Below, piece by piece: positions 11,863-23,431 of a stretch of 64,000 nt of DNA (position 1 is its first letter; each line of letters begins with the position of its first letter). The notes below the pieces were generated by a model that saw only the letters and a list, made by a program, of their open reading frames with translations, did no database searches and was not told the DNA's origin. Source of the stretch: Octopus sinensis (Eukaryota); the NCBI RefSeq assembly GCF_006345805.1, contig NC_043013.1, forward strand, positions 12,338,001 through 12,402,000, given 5' to 3'. The translations under genes and the position numbers were made by a program.

Positions 11863-12071
11863 AAATGCACAGACGAACGAAAAACAGACACAGAAGGTCC
11901 CTAATTCCTTATCAGTTATCGGCCAGTGGGTCTAACGCAATTTCGTGTCTTTAACGTTGTTGTTAAAGGCACGAAATTTTAACGTTATTATTAAAAGCAC
12001 GAAACTGTGGTAGACCCGCTGATGAAGAATTGAGGACCTTCTGTGTCCGTTTTTCGTTCGTCTGTGCATTT
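11863..12071. repeat. Long imperfect fold-back with nested inner palindrome (PLE-like family)
   Basis: AAATGCACAGACGAACGAAAAAC... versus ...GTTTTTCGTTCGTCTGTGCATTT. Inner hairpin TTTCGTGTCTTTAAC/GTTAAAGGCACGAAA. Confidence 0.85.
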
Positions 12072-12095
12072 ACTATAAGTTTTTGAACGTGCCAG

Positions 12096-12140
<45 letters not shown>

Positions 12141-12297
12141 ATACACACATACGTATGTATGTATCTATATATGACATATTATGTATTCAAATAATGATAG
12201 GCATAAACCAAATCAAAAATAAAATATATTATAAAACATATAACAAATAACAAAAAGTACAAAAATGAATAAACAATATATAATAATATGTATGTAT

Positions 12298-12332
<35 letters not shown>

Positions 12333-12365
12333 CATACATACATACGTACATACATATATATATAT

Positions 12366-12420
<55 letters not shown>

Positions 12421-12829
12421 TAATATATATATATATACAATATTATGATATAAATAATATGTATATATATATATACAATATAAATGATATATCTATATAT
12501 ATATATGTATATATATATATATCCATATATACAAACATACCTACATGAACATACTTACATATATATGTATATATACATGCATATATGGGTACACTCACTC
12601 CGTCTTCGGCCTTTACTCTCTCGTTGCTCACACATGATCGTCGTCCACCTTTCTTTTTCCACACGTGATCATCTTTCTTATCTTTCGGTCTGTCACCGAC
12701 CAGTCGCATTTTTGTTTATCTCCTCTCCTATCTTTTCTCCTGTCAAAGATTGTTTCTCCAGCGTTCGCCACCTTACTTCGTATGGCCGAGCGGCCCTCAC
12801 TGTTTGTTTTCAAAGTCCTGTTTTTGTTA

Positions 12830-13100
12830 CCAACTTTGACCCTCTTCAAATCCCAAATTTTATTTTGGTTCGCGGGAGCAACTGTTTTCTCGAAGGCACA
12901 TATTGTCGTGAATTGCTCGTAATGTAGAGCAGATAAACAGCCAACAACTGATGAAGGGTCGTTCTTTATGTTACTTGTCTTGTTTTCCATTTATTTATTT
13001 CGTTGCTCGCATACAAAAGTTTGTCTTCATATTTCACGTTTTCGTATTTCGTATTTCATGTTGTTTACGTTTTATGGCGTCCTGTACCCATATATGCATG
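12830..13100 (+). mobile_element. PLE-like 3' fragment
   Basis: Homologous to 7125-7340 (-); carries CTGATGAAGG at 12948. Confidence 0.6.
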
Positions 13101-13402
13101 TATATATACATATATATGTATGTATATGTATGTTGATTACCGCCGGAAGTTATTGTTGTCGAACAACACCAGTAATTTTATTCAGCTGAATACACGTCAT
13201 TGATTGGTTGAAATTACCGAAATACGACAACTTCAACACGAAATAACTTTATAAATATAAACTTTTCTCGAAAACGCTAAGAGTAAAAGGTGTTTTATAT
13301 GACACAGTCTACTAGTATACGAAGTTTGAAAGTTACAAAAAATTATTTTTTAAATCGCTAGGTCAAAAGGTAAAGATCCGTAAAGTATACCATTTTAATT
13401 TA

Positions 13403-13921
13403 ATATCTTTGAAAATGGAAATTCCGCCGAGGTCGACTTTGCCTTTCATCCTTTCGCGGTCGATTAAATAAGTACCAGTTATGCACTGGGGTCGATGTAA
13501 TCGACTTAATTCCTTTGTCTGTCTTTGTTTGTCCTCTCTATCTTTAGCCCCTTGTGGGCAATAAAGAAATAAATATTCTTGAAGATGGAAATTTCACCGA
13601 GGTCGACTTTGCCTTTCATCCTTTCGCGGTCGATTAAATAACTACCAGTTACGCACTGGGGTCGATGTAATCGACTTAATCCTTTTATCCTTGTTTGTCC
13701 CCTCTATGTTTAATCCCCTGTGAGCAATAAAGAAATAAATATTCTTGAAGATGGAAATTTCACCGAGGTCGACTTAGCCTTTCATCCTTTCGCGGTCGAT
13801 TAAATAACTACCAGTTACGCACTGGGGTCGATGTAATCGACTTAATCCCTTTATCCTTGTTTGTCCCCTCTATGTTTAATCTCTCCTGTGAGTAATAAAG
13901 AAATAAATATTTTTGAAGATG
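13403..13921 (+). repeat. Three tandem about 167-bp units, each a 5'-truncated SINE B plus flank
   Basis: TTGAAGATGGAAATTTCACCGAGGTCGACTTTGCCTTTCATCCTTTCGCGGTCG...CAATAAAGAAATAAATA occurs three times, plus the start of a fourth unit. Confidence 0.9.
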
Positions 13922-14034
13922 AGTATGGAAGCAAATGCTTTGAAAAATAGCGAAAAGGGGGTGATAGAAGATGATAAAGAATACCCTGCTATACGGGTTT
14001 ATGCAACAAACCCCCGCATGCGCACACACATACA

Positions 14035-14195
14035 TCTCGAAATGAGGAGTAGATGGACAGCCGACAACTGACAAAGATCGTTCTTTATATTACTTGTGTT
14101 GCTTTTCCATTTGCTGCTCTCCATGTTCGCATATCCAAGTTTGTCTTCGAATTTCATGTTGTTTACGTTTTGTGACGACCTGTACCTATATATGT
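14035..14195 (+). mobile_element. PLE-like 3' fragment, truncated
   Basis: CTCGAAATGAGGAGTAGATGGACAGCCGACAACTGACAAAGATCGTTC. Confidence 0.6.
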
Positions 14196-14374
14196 ATATA
14201 TGCATGCATATATGTGTGTGTGTGTGTGTTATTAATATTATTATATGATTGTACGCAACGTATCCATTTCCAAGTAAGTTTATCGATCTGTCTATCTATC
14301 TATCCATCCAGCCATCCAGCCATCCAGCCATCTATCTATCTGTCTATCTATCTATATATCTATCTATCTCTCTT

Positions 14375-14451
<77 letters not shown>

Positions 14452-14569
14452 GTATGTATGATGTGGGTGTATATATATATATATGTATGTATGTATGTAT
14501 GATGTGGGTGTATATATATATAGTGAGTTGGTTTAGGCAAACACTATCTGAGAGAGATCTTCTTTAAGT

Positions 14570-14612
14570 ATTAGAAATAGCTGAAGAAATTTCTTTAGCT
14601 GCTATTTCTAAT
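14570..14612. repeat. Near-perfect 43-bp palindrome
   Basis: ATTAGAAATAGCTGAAGAAA|TTTCTTTAGCT-GCT-ATTTCTAAT. Confidence 0.85.
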
Positions 14613-14758
14613 GAGTTCAGTATGTGGCAAAGTAATTTATTTTACTAAGCCCTTATATATAATGTAATATTTTGAATTCGCCTCCAATGGTCCCTTTACA
14701 TACTGAATACTTGGTGAAATTGATTAATAATTAATTAATTTTACCCTCAATTGTTGAA

Positions 14759-14789
<31 letters not shown>

Positions 14790-14827
14790 GATATATATAT
14801 ATAGATATACTGGACTTTGTACCTTTG

Positions 14828-14968
14828 ACCTTATATTGTCAAAGTGAAGGGATGGAATCCAATAATACCAAAAACAACAACACTACTATCACAACTCTTG
14901 TTCACTCAACAAAAGAGAAACACCTACGGGCTTATTTACAGAGTTCTATGTACATTAATACATTCTAA
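14828..14968 (+). pseudogene. Probable degenerate GIY-YIG endonuclease C-terminus of a Penelope-like element
   Basis: TLYCQSEGMESNNTKNNNTTITTLVHSTKEKHLRAYLQSSMYINTF* resembles the PLE C-terminal C/H..GH...N..IL.....R..LES.YI pattern. It is followed by TATATAAA (15090) and a hammerhead relic. Recognised by eye only. Confidence 0.45.
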
Positions 14969-15120
14969 ACAATAACATAGCCCCAAAATTAATCAATATT
15001 TTTCTTCCAAAATGCCTTTCCATAAAAACCTAATTACCACCCCACTCAAAACCAACTCACCCAAAGATGATTTGTAACTCAGCAGAGACTATATAAAGGT
15101 AAAACTAACTCCAATGCATT

Positions 15121-15165
15121 GCAGTGCAACAAGGATTTAGCTGGCCGAAACTTCGAAGTCACTGT
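15121..15165 (+). ncRNA. Decayed hammerhead ribozyme relic
   Basis: GCAGT GCAACAA GG..CC GAAAC TTCGAA GTC ACTGT. Stem I, GAAAC, palindromic stem III and GUC are intact, but the 7-nt core is mutated. Confidence 0.45.
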
Positions 15166-15190
15166 CAACAACATTCTTGTATAAGAATTA

Positions 15191-15550
15191 TCTATTATAT
15201 AAAATCCGTTCTGTCTGTCTGTTTGTTTGTGTCTTCTAGGATCTCGGGCATCCTCCATCCGATTGCGCTCAAATTTGATATGTAGATACCGACGGTATAA
15301 GGGCGTTGATAAGTCTTGAAAAAATTACAAAAACGATTCCAGGTGAGAATGCGATCCATAAAGCTGTGGGAACGTGCATTTGTAAAATCGTTTCTCTTGG
15401 AATAGAAAAATGTCTGTCTTTATTTATTCTTTTGCTGGTGTCCCAAATTTAGGTTAAATTTGTGTTTCTCAATGGGGAGGCCTATGGGACGGTCGGACAA
15501 GTTGTTTTGAGAAAATTTGGTTTAAATGTTTTACAACTCAGCACCGTTTT
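15191..15550 (+). mobile_element. Non-autonomous Helitron-like 5' fragment
   Basis: Starts A|TCTATTATATAAAA followed by (CTGT/GTTT)n, like Lep1-type Helitrons. A Helitron-like GC hairpin (CCCGGCGTTGCTTGGG) lies on the opposite strand at about 15800. Confidence 0.5.
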
Positions 15551-15559
15551 GCTTGTATG

Positions 15560-15605
<46 letters not shown>

Positions 15606-15844
15606 AGAAACGGAAAATGGAGACAAAAGCACAGGATGTTATTAGCGACTTATATGTTTCAATGATTACATTAGAATTAATCCGTGAGGAAAAAATGAGG
15701 TGGAGTAATGCATCAATCTCATCAGGGGAGACATTTATAAATAACACTGTTCATTAATTACCCATTTTTAAAATGTAAGAATATAATATACTGCAAGATC
15801 CCGGCGTTGCTTGGGGTTAAAATGGCATAGTTTTTTTATTGTTT

Positions 15845-16140
15845 TTTTTTTGTCATGTGACTGGGACCATGCTAGAGCACCACTTTTAGTCGAACTAATC
15901 GATCCCAAGATTTATTCTTTATAAAGCGTAATACTTATTCTATCGGTGTCTTTGCCGAACCGCTACGTAAACGGGGACGTAAACGCAGCAATATCAGTTG
16001 TCAAAAACGGTGGTATGGGTTCAAACAAACACAGTCCCATAAACACAGTCCACACCACAAATATACACATATATACGACACTCTTCTTCAGTTTCCATGT
16101 ATGAAATTCACTCACAAGGCGTGGTCACGCTATGGCTACA
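15845..16140 (-). mobile_element. SINE A, degenerate, 5' end lost
   Basis: CCATGCTAGAGCACC...TTTGCCGAACCGCT...TTCAGTTTCC. Confidence 0.8.
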
Positions 16141-16249
16141 GTATATATATGAATAGTATATATATATAAAACGTGGATAGAGAACGCTAGTAATTTTTAA
16201 AATACCGTTAAAATTGGAAAAACACCACTTTCAGCTATTTCAAATGACA

Positions 16250-16349
16250 NNNNNNNNNNNNNNNNNNNNNNNNNNNNNNNNNNNNNNNNNNNNNNNNNNN
16301 NNNNNNNNNNNNNNNNNNNNNNNNNNNNNNNNNNNNNNNNNNNNNNNNN
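16250..16349. other. Assembly gap (100 N)
   Basis: Run of N; continuity across it is not guaranteed. Confidence 1.
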
Positions 16350-18449
16350 TTTATATACATATACATATATGTATGTTATATGTATGTGTGCATGTATACA
16401 CACACACACATGCATGCATGCATGCGCCCACAGAGGCAAAAAAAAGGGGTGGGATGCTGTGAAAGCGTGGAGGAAGTGGGTGTAGTGCGCTGTGCAGTAC
16501 GTGTGGTGTTGGTAAGAAGAAGAGGTGGAGGAGTGCACACACAAAGTGCAGCCATGCAGATCAAGTGCATATGTGTGTGTGTGTTTTTTATTTTTTGCAT
16601 TTGCATGTTTTAGGACATTCACCATTTCTGCATGTGCGCGTGTGATGGCTGAGAGTGGAAGTTGGTGTAAGGCGGGTGTGGGAAAGGTGAGACGGCAAGG
16701 GTGGGGGGTGGGAGGCCTCTATTAGTTTTACTGAAGGTGAATGAAGAGGAGGGGGAGGGGGTGAGGTGCTGATATAAGAAACCACAATACTACTACTACT
16801 ACTACTACTATTACCGCCACCACACCCCACTACCACTAAACACATACTTCCTACCTTCCTGAAAACTAACAGATTGAGTATTGTAGTAGTAGTAGTAGTA
16901 GTAATAGTAGTAGTAGTAGTAATAGTAGTAGTAGTAGTAGTAGTAGTAGTAGAAGTAGTAGTAGTGGTAGTAGCAGTAGTAGTAGTAGCAGTAGTAGTAG
17001 TAGTATCTGTTGTGTGTGTTTGTGTGGCATATTAGCATCTGTTCTGTGGGTGTGTGTGTGGTGTGTGTGTGTATGTCAAGGACTGTCTTTCTTGTGTGTT
17101 TATGATTGTGTTTCTCTGTATGTTAGCATCTGTTGTGTGTGTGTGTGTGTAAGTGTATTGGTGTTATGTTGTGTATGTGTATATCATTATTATTATCCGT
17201 TGGGGTGATGTGGCCAGATGAAGGTGTGTGGGTTAACTGAAAAAGGGTAAGGTTCCTTTTTATTGCAGATGACGGTCTTGTAGTGTGTTTGCGGTGATTG
17301 CATTGGTGCTTGTGGTGATGGTCATTAGTGGACCGAAGTGACAGTTTGTGCATAGGGTGTTGTGGCAATGCAGTGAGTGATAGTGATGTAACAGTGTTGG
17401 TGCCAACAATGGTAGTGGTGGGTGGTGGTGGTGATGTTGCTTGTGGTCATGATAATGATGATGATGACGATGATGATGGTGCCAGTTCTGGTGATGAGAA
17501 TGTTGATGATGATGGTGGTGGTGGTGTTGGTGGTGAAGATGCCGTAGGTGCCGTTGATGATGCTGATGATGATTAAGTTTGGTCTGTCACTGTTTTATTT
17601 CAAAACTCTTTTGTCTCTGCATTTGTTCATTTATTGATGTCAAATAGAGGAAAAGGTGGGGTGGGAATGGGGGGTGGGGCGAGAGGTGACAAACAGACTC
17701 TCTGGGGGGAAGGGAAGGAATCACGGGTGGTAATGGTGACAGTTATAGCAATGATGCTGGTGCTGGTGGTGGTAACCCGGGTGTTGGGGTAGGGTGGAAG
17801 AGTGGCGGGGAGAAAGCGGAGCCCCTGACAGGGAGCGCTATTACACCTTGCAAACTCGTGAAACCTGCCGCAGAGGTATCCAATATCCGGTAGGGTAGGC
17901 GGTGGTGAATAGTGGGTAGGTGGGTTGCCTGGGTGGGTGGCTGGGTGAGAAAGGTTGTGACGTGGCATCAGGATGGCAGGAGGCAGGGTGGTGAGTGCAG
18001 GGTGCAGGGGAGGGGGGGACAGAGCAGAGTTTGCCATCTGTTGTATTTGGTGACATACAGGTTGTTGTTGATGATGATGATGATGCTGATGGTGATGATG
18101 ATCAGTAGGGATCTGTGGGGTGGTGTCGTCTCGGCAGCGGGTGGGTGGGGGGATTGGGATGACAGATTAGGCGGATGGATGGATGGACAGATGGATGGTG
18201 GGATAAGTGGGTGTTGGGTGGTGGGGTAGGGTGAGGGCGGCTGAGTAGCCAAGCGTTTTCATCCTGAGTAATATAAATCCAATGGAACAAATAAAATAAA
18301 TGTTATATATCTTCAACAACAACATCAACAATGTACACAACAGTGACAGATCAATGTAGAGGTCTCTATGCAGTCACTCAAACTTGCTAGATATAGCAGC
18401 CAAGTTTTTTTTTTTTTTTTTTTTCAAATCACACCACTGAGTTATCTTT

Positions 18450-18835
18450 TATCATTTATCCTATACTTGTGGCCATGCTGGAGCACCACCTTGAAGAATT
18501 TTTAGCCAGATGAATCGACGCCAGTATTTATTCTGATGGTCTCTTTTTGCCAAACCGCTAAGTTATGGGGATGTAAACACACCAACATCGGTTGTTAAGC
18601 AGTGATGGAGGACAAACGCAGACATAGAAACACACAGACATATACACACTGTACAAACATACACGCACACATACATATATCTGATGAGCTTCATTCAGTT
18701 TCTGTCTACCAGATCCAAACAAAAGGCTTTGGCCAGCCTGTGGCTATAGCAGAAAGCACTTGCCGAAGGTGCCACGCAGTGGGACTGAACCCAGAACCTT
18801 GTGGACGGGAAGTATGCTTTTTATTAACAACACAA
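18450..18835 (-). mobile_element. SINE A
   Basis: GGCCATGCTGGAGCACC...GCAGTGGGACTGAACCC. Confidence 0.85.
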
Positions 18836-19239
18836 GTAGCAACAACTGCAACAGCAGCAACAAACAACCTCATCACCACTGACGACAGCACCACCATGCC
18901 ACAAAAGAACAGTGACATCAGCACCAATTTTAGTCAACGAGAACTACAGCAGCAACATCAGCAAGACCTACAAGTACAACATCAGTACCACCACCACTAT
19001 GACAACAACAATAGCTTGGGTCAACAGTAGCAAGACCAATAACAACAACAACAACAACGTGATTAAGTCTTTGTGAAACATAAAAGAAAAACAAAAAAAG
19101 GAAAGAAAAAAAATCGACCAAGGTAGGCAGGGGTGGGTTGGGGGCGGGTGTTGTGGTCATTTTAATTAAACTTATGAAGACTTAATGAACAAACTCACCA
19201 ACACACGTCAACATGATCATACGCGTGTTCATACCCACA

Positions 19240-20125
19240 CACCTGCATACATATATACATGCGCACATATACACACACACACACACACACATGCAAACAG
19301 ACGCTGAAGCCAAACATACCAAATGGTACTCACAAGCGTACACACGAAACAACACAGATGCATTTATACACACACACACACACAACCACACACACACACA
19401 AAGCAACACACATGCACACATCCAAAACATCCAATGCTCAAAGACACCCACACACATACACACCAAGAGTAGCACCTACACAATCACACACACACAAACA
19501 CATCGTCACACACACACAAAGACATCGCCACACACACATACACACCAACACAGACCGAGAGTAACACCTACGCAAACACACACACACACACACATGCAAT
19601 AACTCATATACTCCTGCTCACTTTCAAACACACGCATCTCACACACACACACTCATACATACACACACACACTCATACATACACACACACACTCATACAT
19701 ACACACATTCTCATTTACACACACACAAATACATCATCACACACACAGACAAGCACATCAACACAGACCAAGAGTAACACCTACGCAAACACACACACAC
19801 ACACACATGCAATAACTCATATACTCCTGCTCACTTTTAAACACACGCATCTCACACACACACACACACACTCATACATACACACACTCTCATATACACA
19901 CACACCAACTTATATACATGCACACACACACACACACACACAAATACATCATCATACACACACACAAACACATCGTCACACACATATGCACACCAACACA
20001 GACCAAGAGTAAGACCTATGCAAACACACACACGCATCTCTCATACACACACACACATCAACTTATATACATGCACACACACATACATACACAAACACAT
20101 CATCACACACACACACATATATGAA
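19240..20125. repeat. (CA)n-rich array with about 210-240-bp higher-order duplication
   Basis: CAGACC(G/A)AGAGTAA(C/G)ACCTA(C/T)GCAAAC recurs at about 19551, 19763 and 19999. Confidence 0.85.
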
Positions 20126-20397
20126 CCAACACATCTACCAACAGCATTGCCACATGGTGAGTCTTTGAAAACATGCTTCATCATTTCACCACCACCATCA
20201 ACACCATCATCACCACCACCACCATCTTCGCCACCACCAGTACCATTTCCGTCAATGGAATTATTATGGGAAACAAAGCAACTGTGGTTATTTTATTGCT
20301 CCGTTGTCTCTGACGAATATGGTGGCTGCTTTGTGTCATAAATGAGACTTGAGGTTCTCACACAACAACAACAACAACAGCAACAGCAACAATATAT

Positions 20398-20575
20398 AGG
20401 TAGAAGCATGGCTGTGTGGTTAAGGACGTTTGCTTTGCAACCATGTGGTTCTGAGTTCAGCCTGACTGCACAGCGCCATGGGCCAAGTCTCTTCTACTAT
20501 ATTCACTCCAGGCTGACCAATGTTTTGTGAATGAATTCAGTAGAGGAGGCTTATGTAGAAGCCTTTTTTGTACAT
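20398..20575 (+). mobile_element. SINE A, 5' half, degenerate
   Basis: GCATGGCTGTGTGGTTAAG...GAGTTCAGCC. Confidence 0.75.
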
Positions 20576-20621
20576 ATATGTATATTAACGGTCATTTTCA
20601 TAGCATTTTGTTTGATAGCTC

Positions 20622-20682
20622 GATAACTGAAGAGATGCCAGCATGGGTTTCTGCCCTGACATCCGAAACTCAGAGTTTTATT
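20622..20682 (+). ncRNA. Type-I hammerhead ribozyme with extended stem II
   Basis: GATAA CTGAAGA GATGCCAG..CTGACATC C GAAAC TCAGA GTT TTATT. Canonical CUGANGA core, 5-bp stem I, stem III ACUC-A-GAGU, GUU cleavage after 20677. Confidence 0.7.
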
Positions 20683-20821
20683 ATGGCTACTGAATAATTA
20701 TCACGTATTATATTTACAGATAAATTCCTCTATTTACATAATATCGAGGTTTCTTTTATTTTTTTTGTTGTCTTACCATTTCTAACAATATATGTGTGTG
20801 TGTGTGTATATATATATATAA

Positions 20822-21000
20822 GCGCGGGCATGGCTGTGTGGTTAGGGGGTTTGCTTCCTAACTACATGTTTTCGGGTTCAGTCCCACTGCGTGGCACTTT
20901 GGGTAGGTGTCTTCCGCTATAGCCCTGAGCCGACCGGAGCTTTGTGATTGAATTCGGTAGGCGGGAGTTACTGCCATGTGTGTAAGTGTGCGTATAGCTG
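20822..21000 (+). mobile_element. SINE A, 5' half
   Basis: GGCATGGCTGTGTGGTTAGG...GGGTTCAGTCCCACTGCGTGGCAC. Confidence 0.8.
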
Positions 21001-21045
21001 CTCAGTGCCTCTCCGAAAGAGAGAGAGGGATATATATATATATAT

Positions 21046-21249
21046 AAAGTTAATCCAAACATGAAAACACAAAGAAAAAACACAACAACACGAGGACGTG
21101 GAGCAAGTATAGTGTTATTGGACGCTCAGGAAAGAAAGAAGGAGGATTTAACATTTCGAGCGGAGCTCTTCATCAGAAACGTAGGAAAAGAAAAGATCCA
21201 AGGAGGGGAAGACGGAGGAAAAAAAATCGTCAACGGTACACACGCGGCC
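21046..21249 (-). mobile_element. About 200-bp hammerhead element in (TA)n (same family as 45161-45372)
   Basis: Aligns end to end with 45161-45372 in opposite orientation. Confidence 0.8.
21146..21180 (-). ncRNA. Minimal type-I hammerhead ribozyme
   Basis: Minus strand: GTTT CTGATGA A GAGC TCC GCTC GAAAT GTT AAAT. Confidence 0.7.
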
Positions 21250-21335
21250 ATATATATATATATAATGATGCTCCAGCATGACCACAGCCATGTGACTGAA
21301 ACTAACAAAAGGCTATATATATATGTATATATATT

Positions 21336-21694
21336 TTTTACTTGTGTCAGTCATTTGACTGCAGCTATCCCGCAGCACAGCCCTTAATCGAACAAATCGA
21401 CCCGAGGATCTACCTTTTGTAAGCTTAGTACTTATTGTATCAGTCTTTTTTGCCAAATTGCTAAGTTATGGGGACATAAACACACCAACATCAGTTGTCA
21501 AGTGACGGCGGTGGGACAAACACAGACACATATATATGTGTATATATATGATGAGCTTCTTTCAGTTTCCGTGTACCAAATCCACTCACAAAGTCTGAGG
21601 CTATGGTAGCAGACGCATACCCAAAGTGCCACTCAGTGGGATTGAACCCAGAACCATGTGGTTGGGAAGCAAGCTTCTTACTACACAGCCATGC
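21336..21694 (-). mobile_element. SINE A
   Basis: Full family A signature on the minus strand. Confidence 0.85.
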
Positions 21695-21961
21695 TGAAAG
21701 GTTGAAAGGCAAAGACAACCTCAGTGGAATTTGAACACAGAACGCAGTGACAGGTGAAAGAAATATCACTAAGCATTTCATCCAGCGTACTAATGGCATG
21801 AAGCCTAAAATTTGCGGAGAGGGGCACGTCGTTTATATTGACACCAGTACTTGACTGGTACTTACATTATCAACCCCAAAAGGATGAAAAGCAAAGTTGA
21901 CCGTGCCAGGTTTTGAACTCAGCATACAAAGGGAGGTTTGAGCATAAGACTAAATAATTAT

Positions 21962-22367
21962 AGGCGTAGGAGTGGCTGTGTGGTAAGTAGCTTGTTTACC
22001 AACCTCATAGTTCTGGGTTCAGTCCCACTGTGTGGCACCTTGGGCAAGTGTCTTCTACTATAGCCTCGGGCCGACCAAAGCCTTGTGAATGGATTTGGTT
22101 GACGGAATCTGAAAGAAGCTCGTCGTATATATGTATATATATATATATGTGTGCGTACGTGTTTGTGTGTCTGTGTTTGTCTCCCCAACATCGCTTGACA
22201 ACTGATGGTGGTGTGTTTACGTCAATGTAACTTAGTGGTTCGGCAAAAGAGACCAATAGAATAAGTACCTAGCTTACAAAGAATAAATCCTGGGGTCGAT
22301 TTGCTCGACTAAAGGCAGCACTCCAGCATGGCCACAGTCAAATAATGACTGACGCAAGTAAAAGAGT
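21962..22367 (+). mobile_element. SINE A, full length
   Basis: GGCGTAGGAGTGGCTGTGTGGTAAGTAGC...CAAGTAAAAGAGT. Confidence 0.9.
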
Positions 22368-23431
22368 AATATAAAGCTTTTCCTCTCGCTCTCTCTCTCC
22401 CCATATTTCCCTCCCTCTCTTCCCACATCCCCCCTCTCTCCCCCCACATCTCTCCATCTCTATCAATTCCAAAAATCTACTGCCTTATTATTAATAATAA
22501 TAATAATAATAAAATAATGATGATGATGATGATGATGATAATGTTCTTGTAGGCTAGCTTAGTGGAGGCTGCTAGGTAAGAGTGTGTAAGAAGATACTGT
22601 TACTGATACAAACAACTTTACTTTGGATGTAGGACTTGAAGAGATCTTGTTGACTGTAAAGTAGGACAAGTTCTCTCTAATATAGCGTTTCTGTCGTGCG
22701 TGCGTTGTGTATGTAACGCATATAATAGATACGTTTTTGTGCCGTGTGTGTGTGCGTGTGTGTGTGTGTGTGTGTTGTGTTGTGTAACTTGAGATCTCAA
22801 TGACTTACCTACTTTTTCTGCTTTTGCATGTGACACTTTGAAATGAAACCAAATGACAATAACCGAGGCTAATGATTTCTTACTGGCGTACACAACAAGG
22901 CCAACAGACAACCACCACCACCACCACCATCATGCTCCTACCACTGCTCCTGCTGTTGCCAGCCAATCTGCAGTGCCAAAAGGTGGAGGGGGGAATGAGA
23001 TTGTGTAACTATCATTCATGCTTTTTGTCTAGTGTATGTATGTCTGTGACATTATTTCAGCTGAACTGGTTCCGACTTCACTTTGAACTTCGTCTCAACC
23101 AAAAAAAAAAACAACAAAAAAAATTTTTAAATTACAAAAAAATAAATAAAATGCTTACCTCCATTCTACATGTCAAAGAAGTCTTATTTGGCCTCTTTGC
23201 ATTCTCTTCAGCTTACGGAAATAGCAGCCAAGTCTCCCTCAAATTTTACCATAACCACAAACAAAAACTGGTACTAATTTCATTGAGACTGAAAAAAAAA
23301 AAAACCGGCAAAAGAGACCGATAGAATAAGTAGTGGGCTTACAAAGAATAAGTCCCGGGGTCGATTTGCTTGACTAAAGGCGGTGCTCCAGCATGGCTGC
23401 AGTCAAATGACTGAAACAAGTAAAAGAGTAA

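Noticed and set aside
16187-16191. CTAG|T as the 3' end of the Helitron starting at 15191
   Set aside because: There is no GC-rich hairpin upstream, and the intervening DNA contains unrelated insertions.
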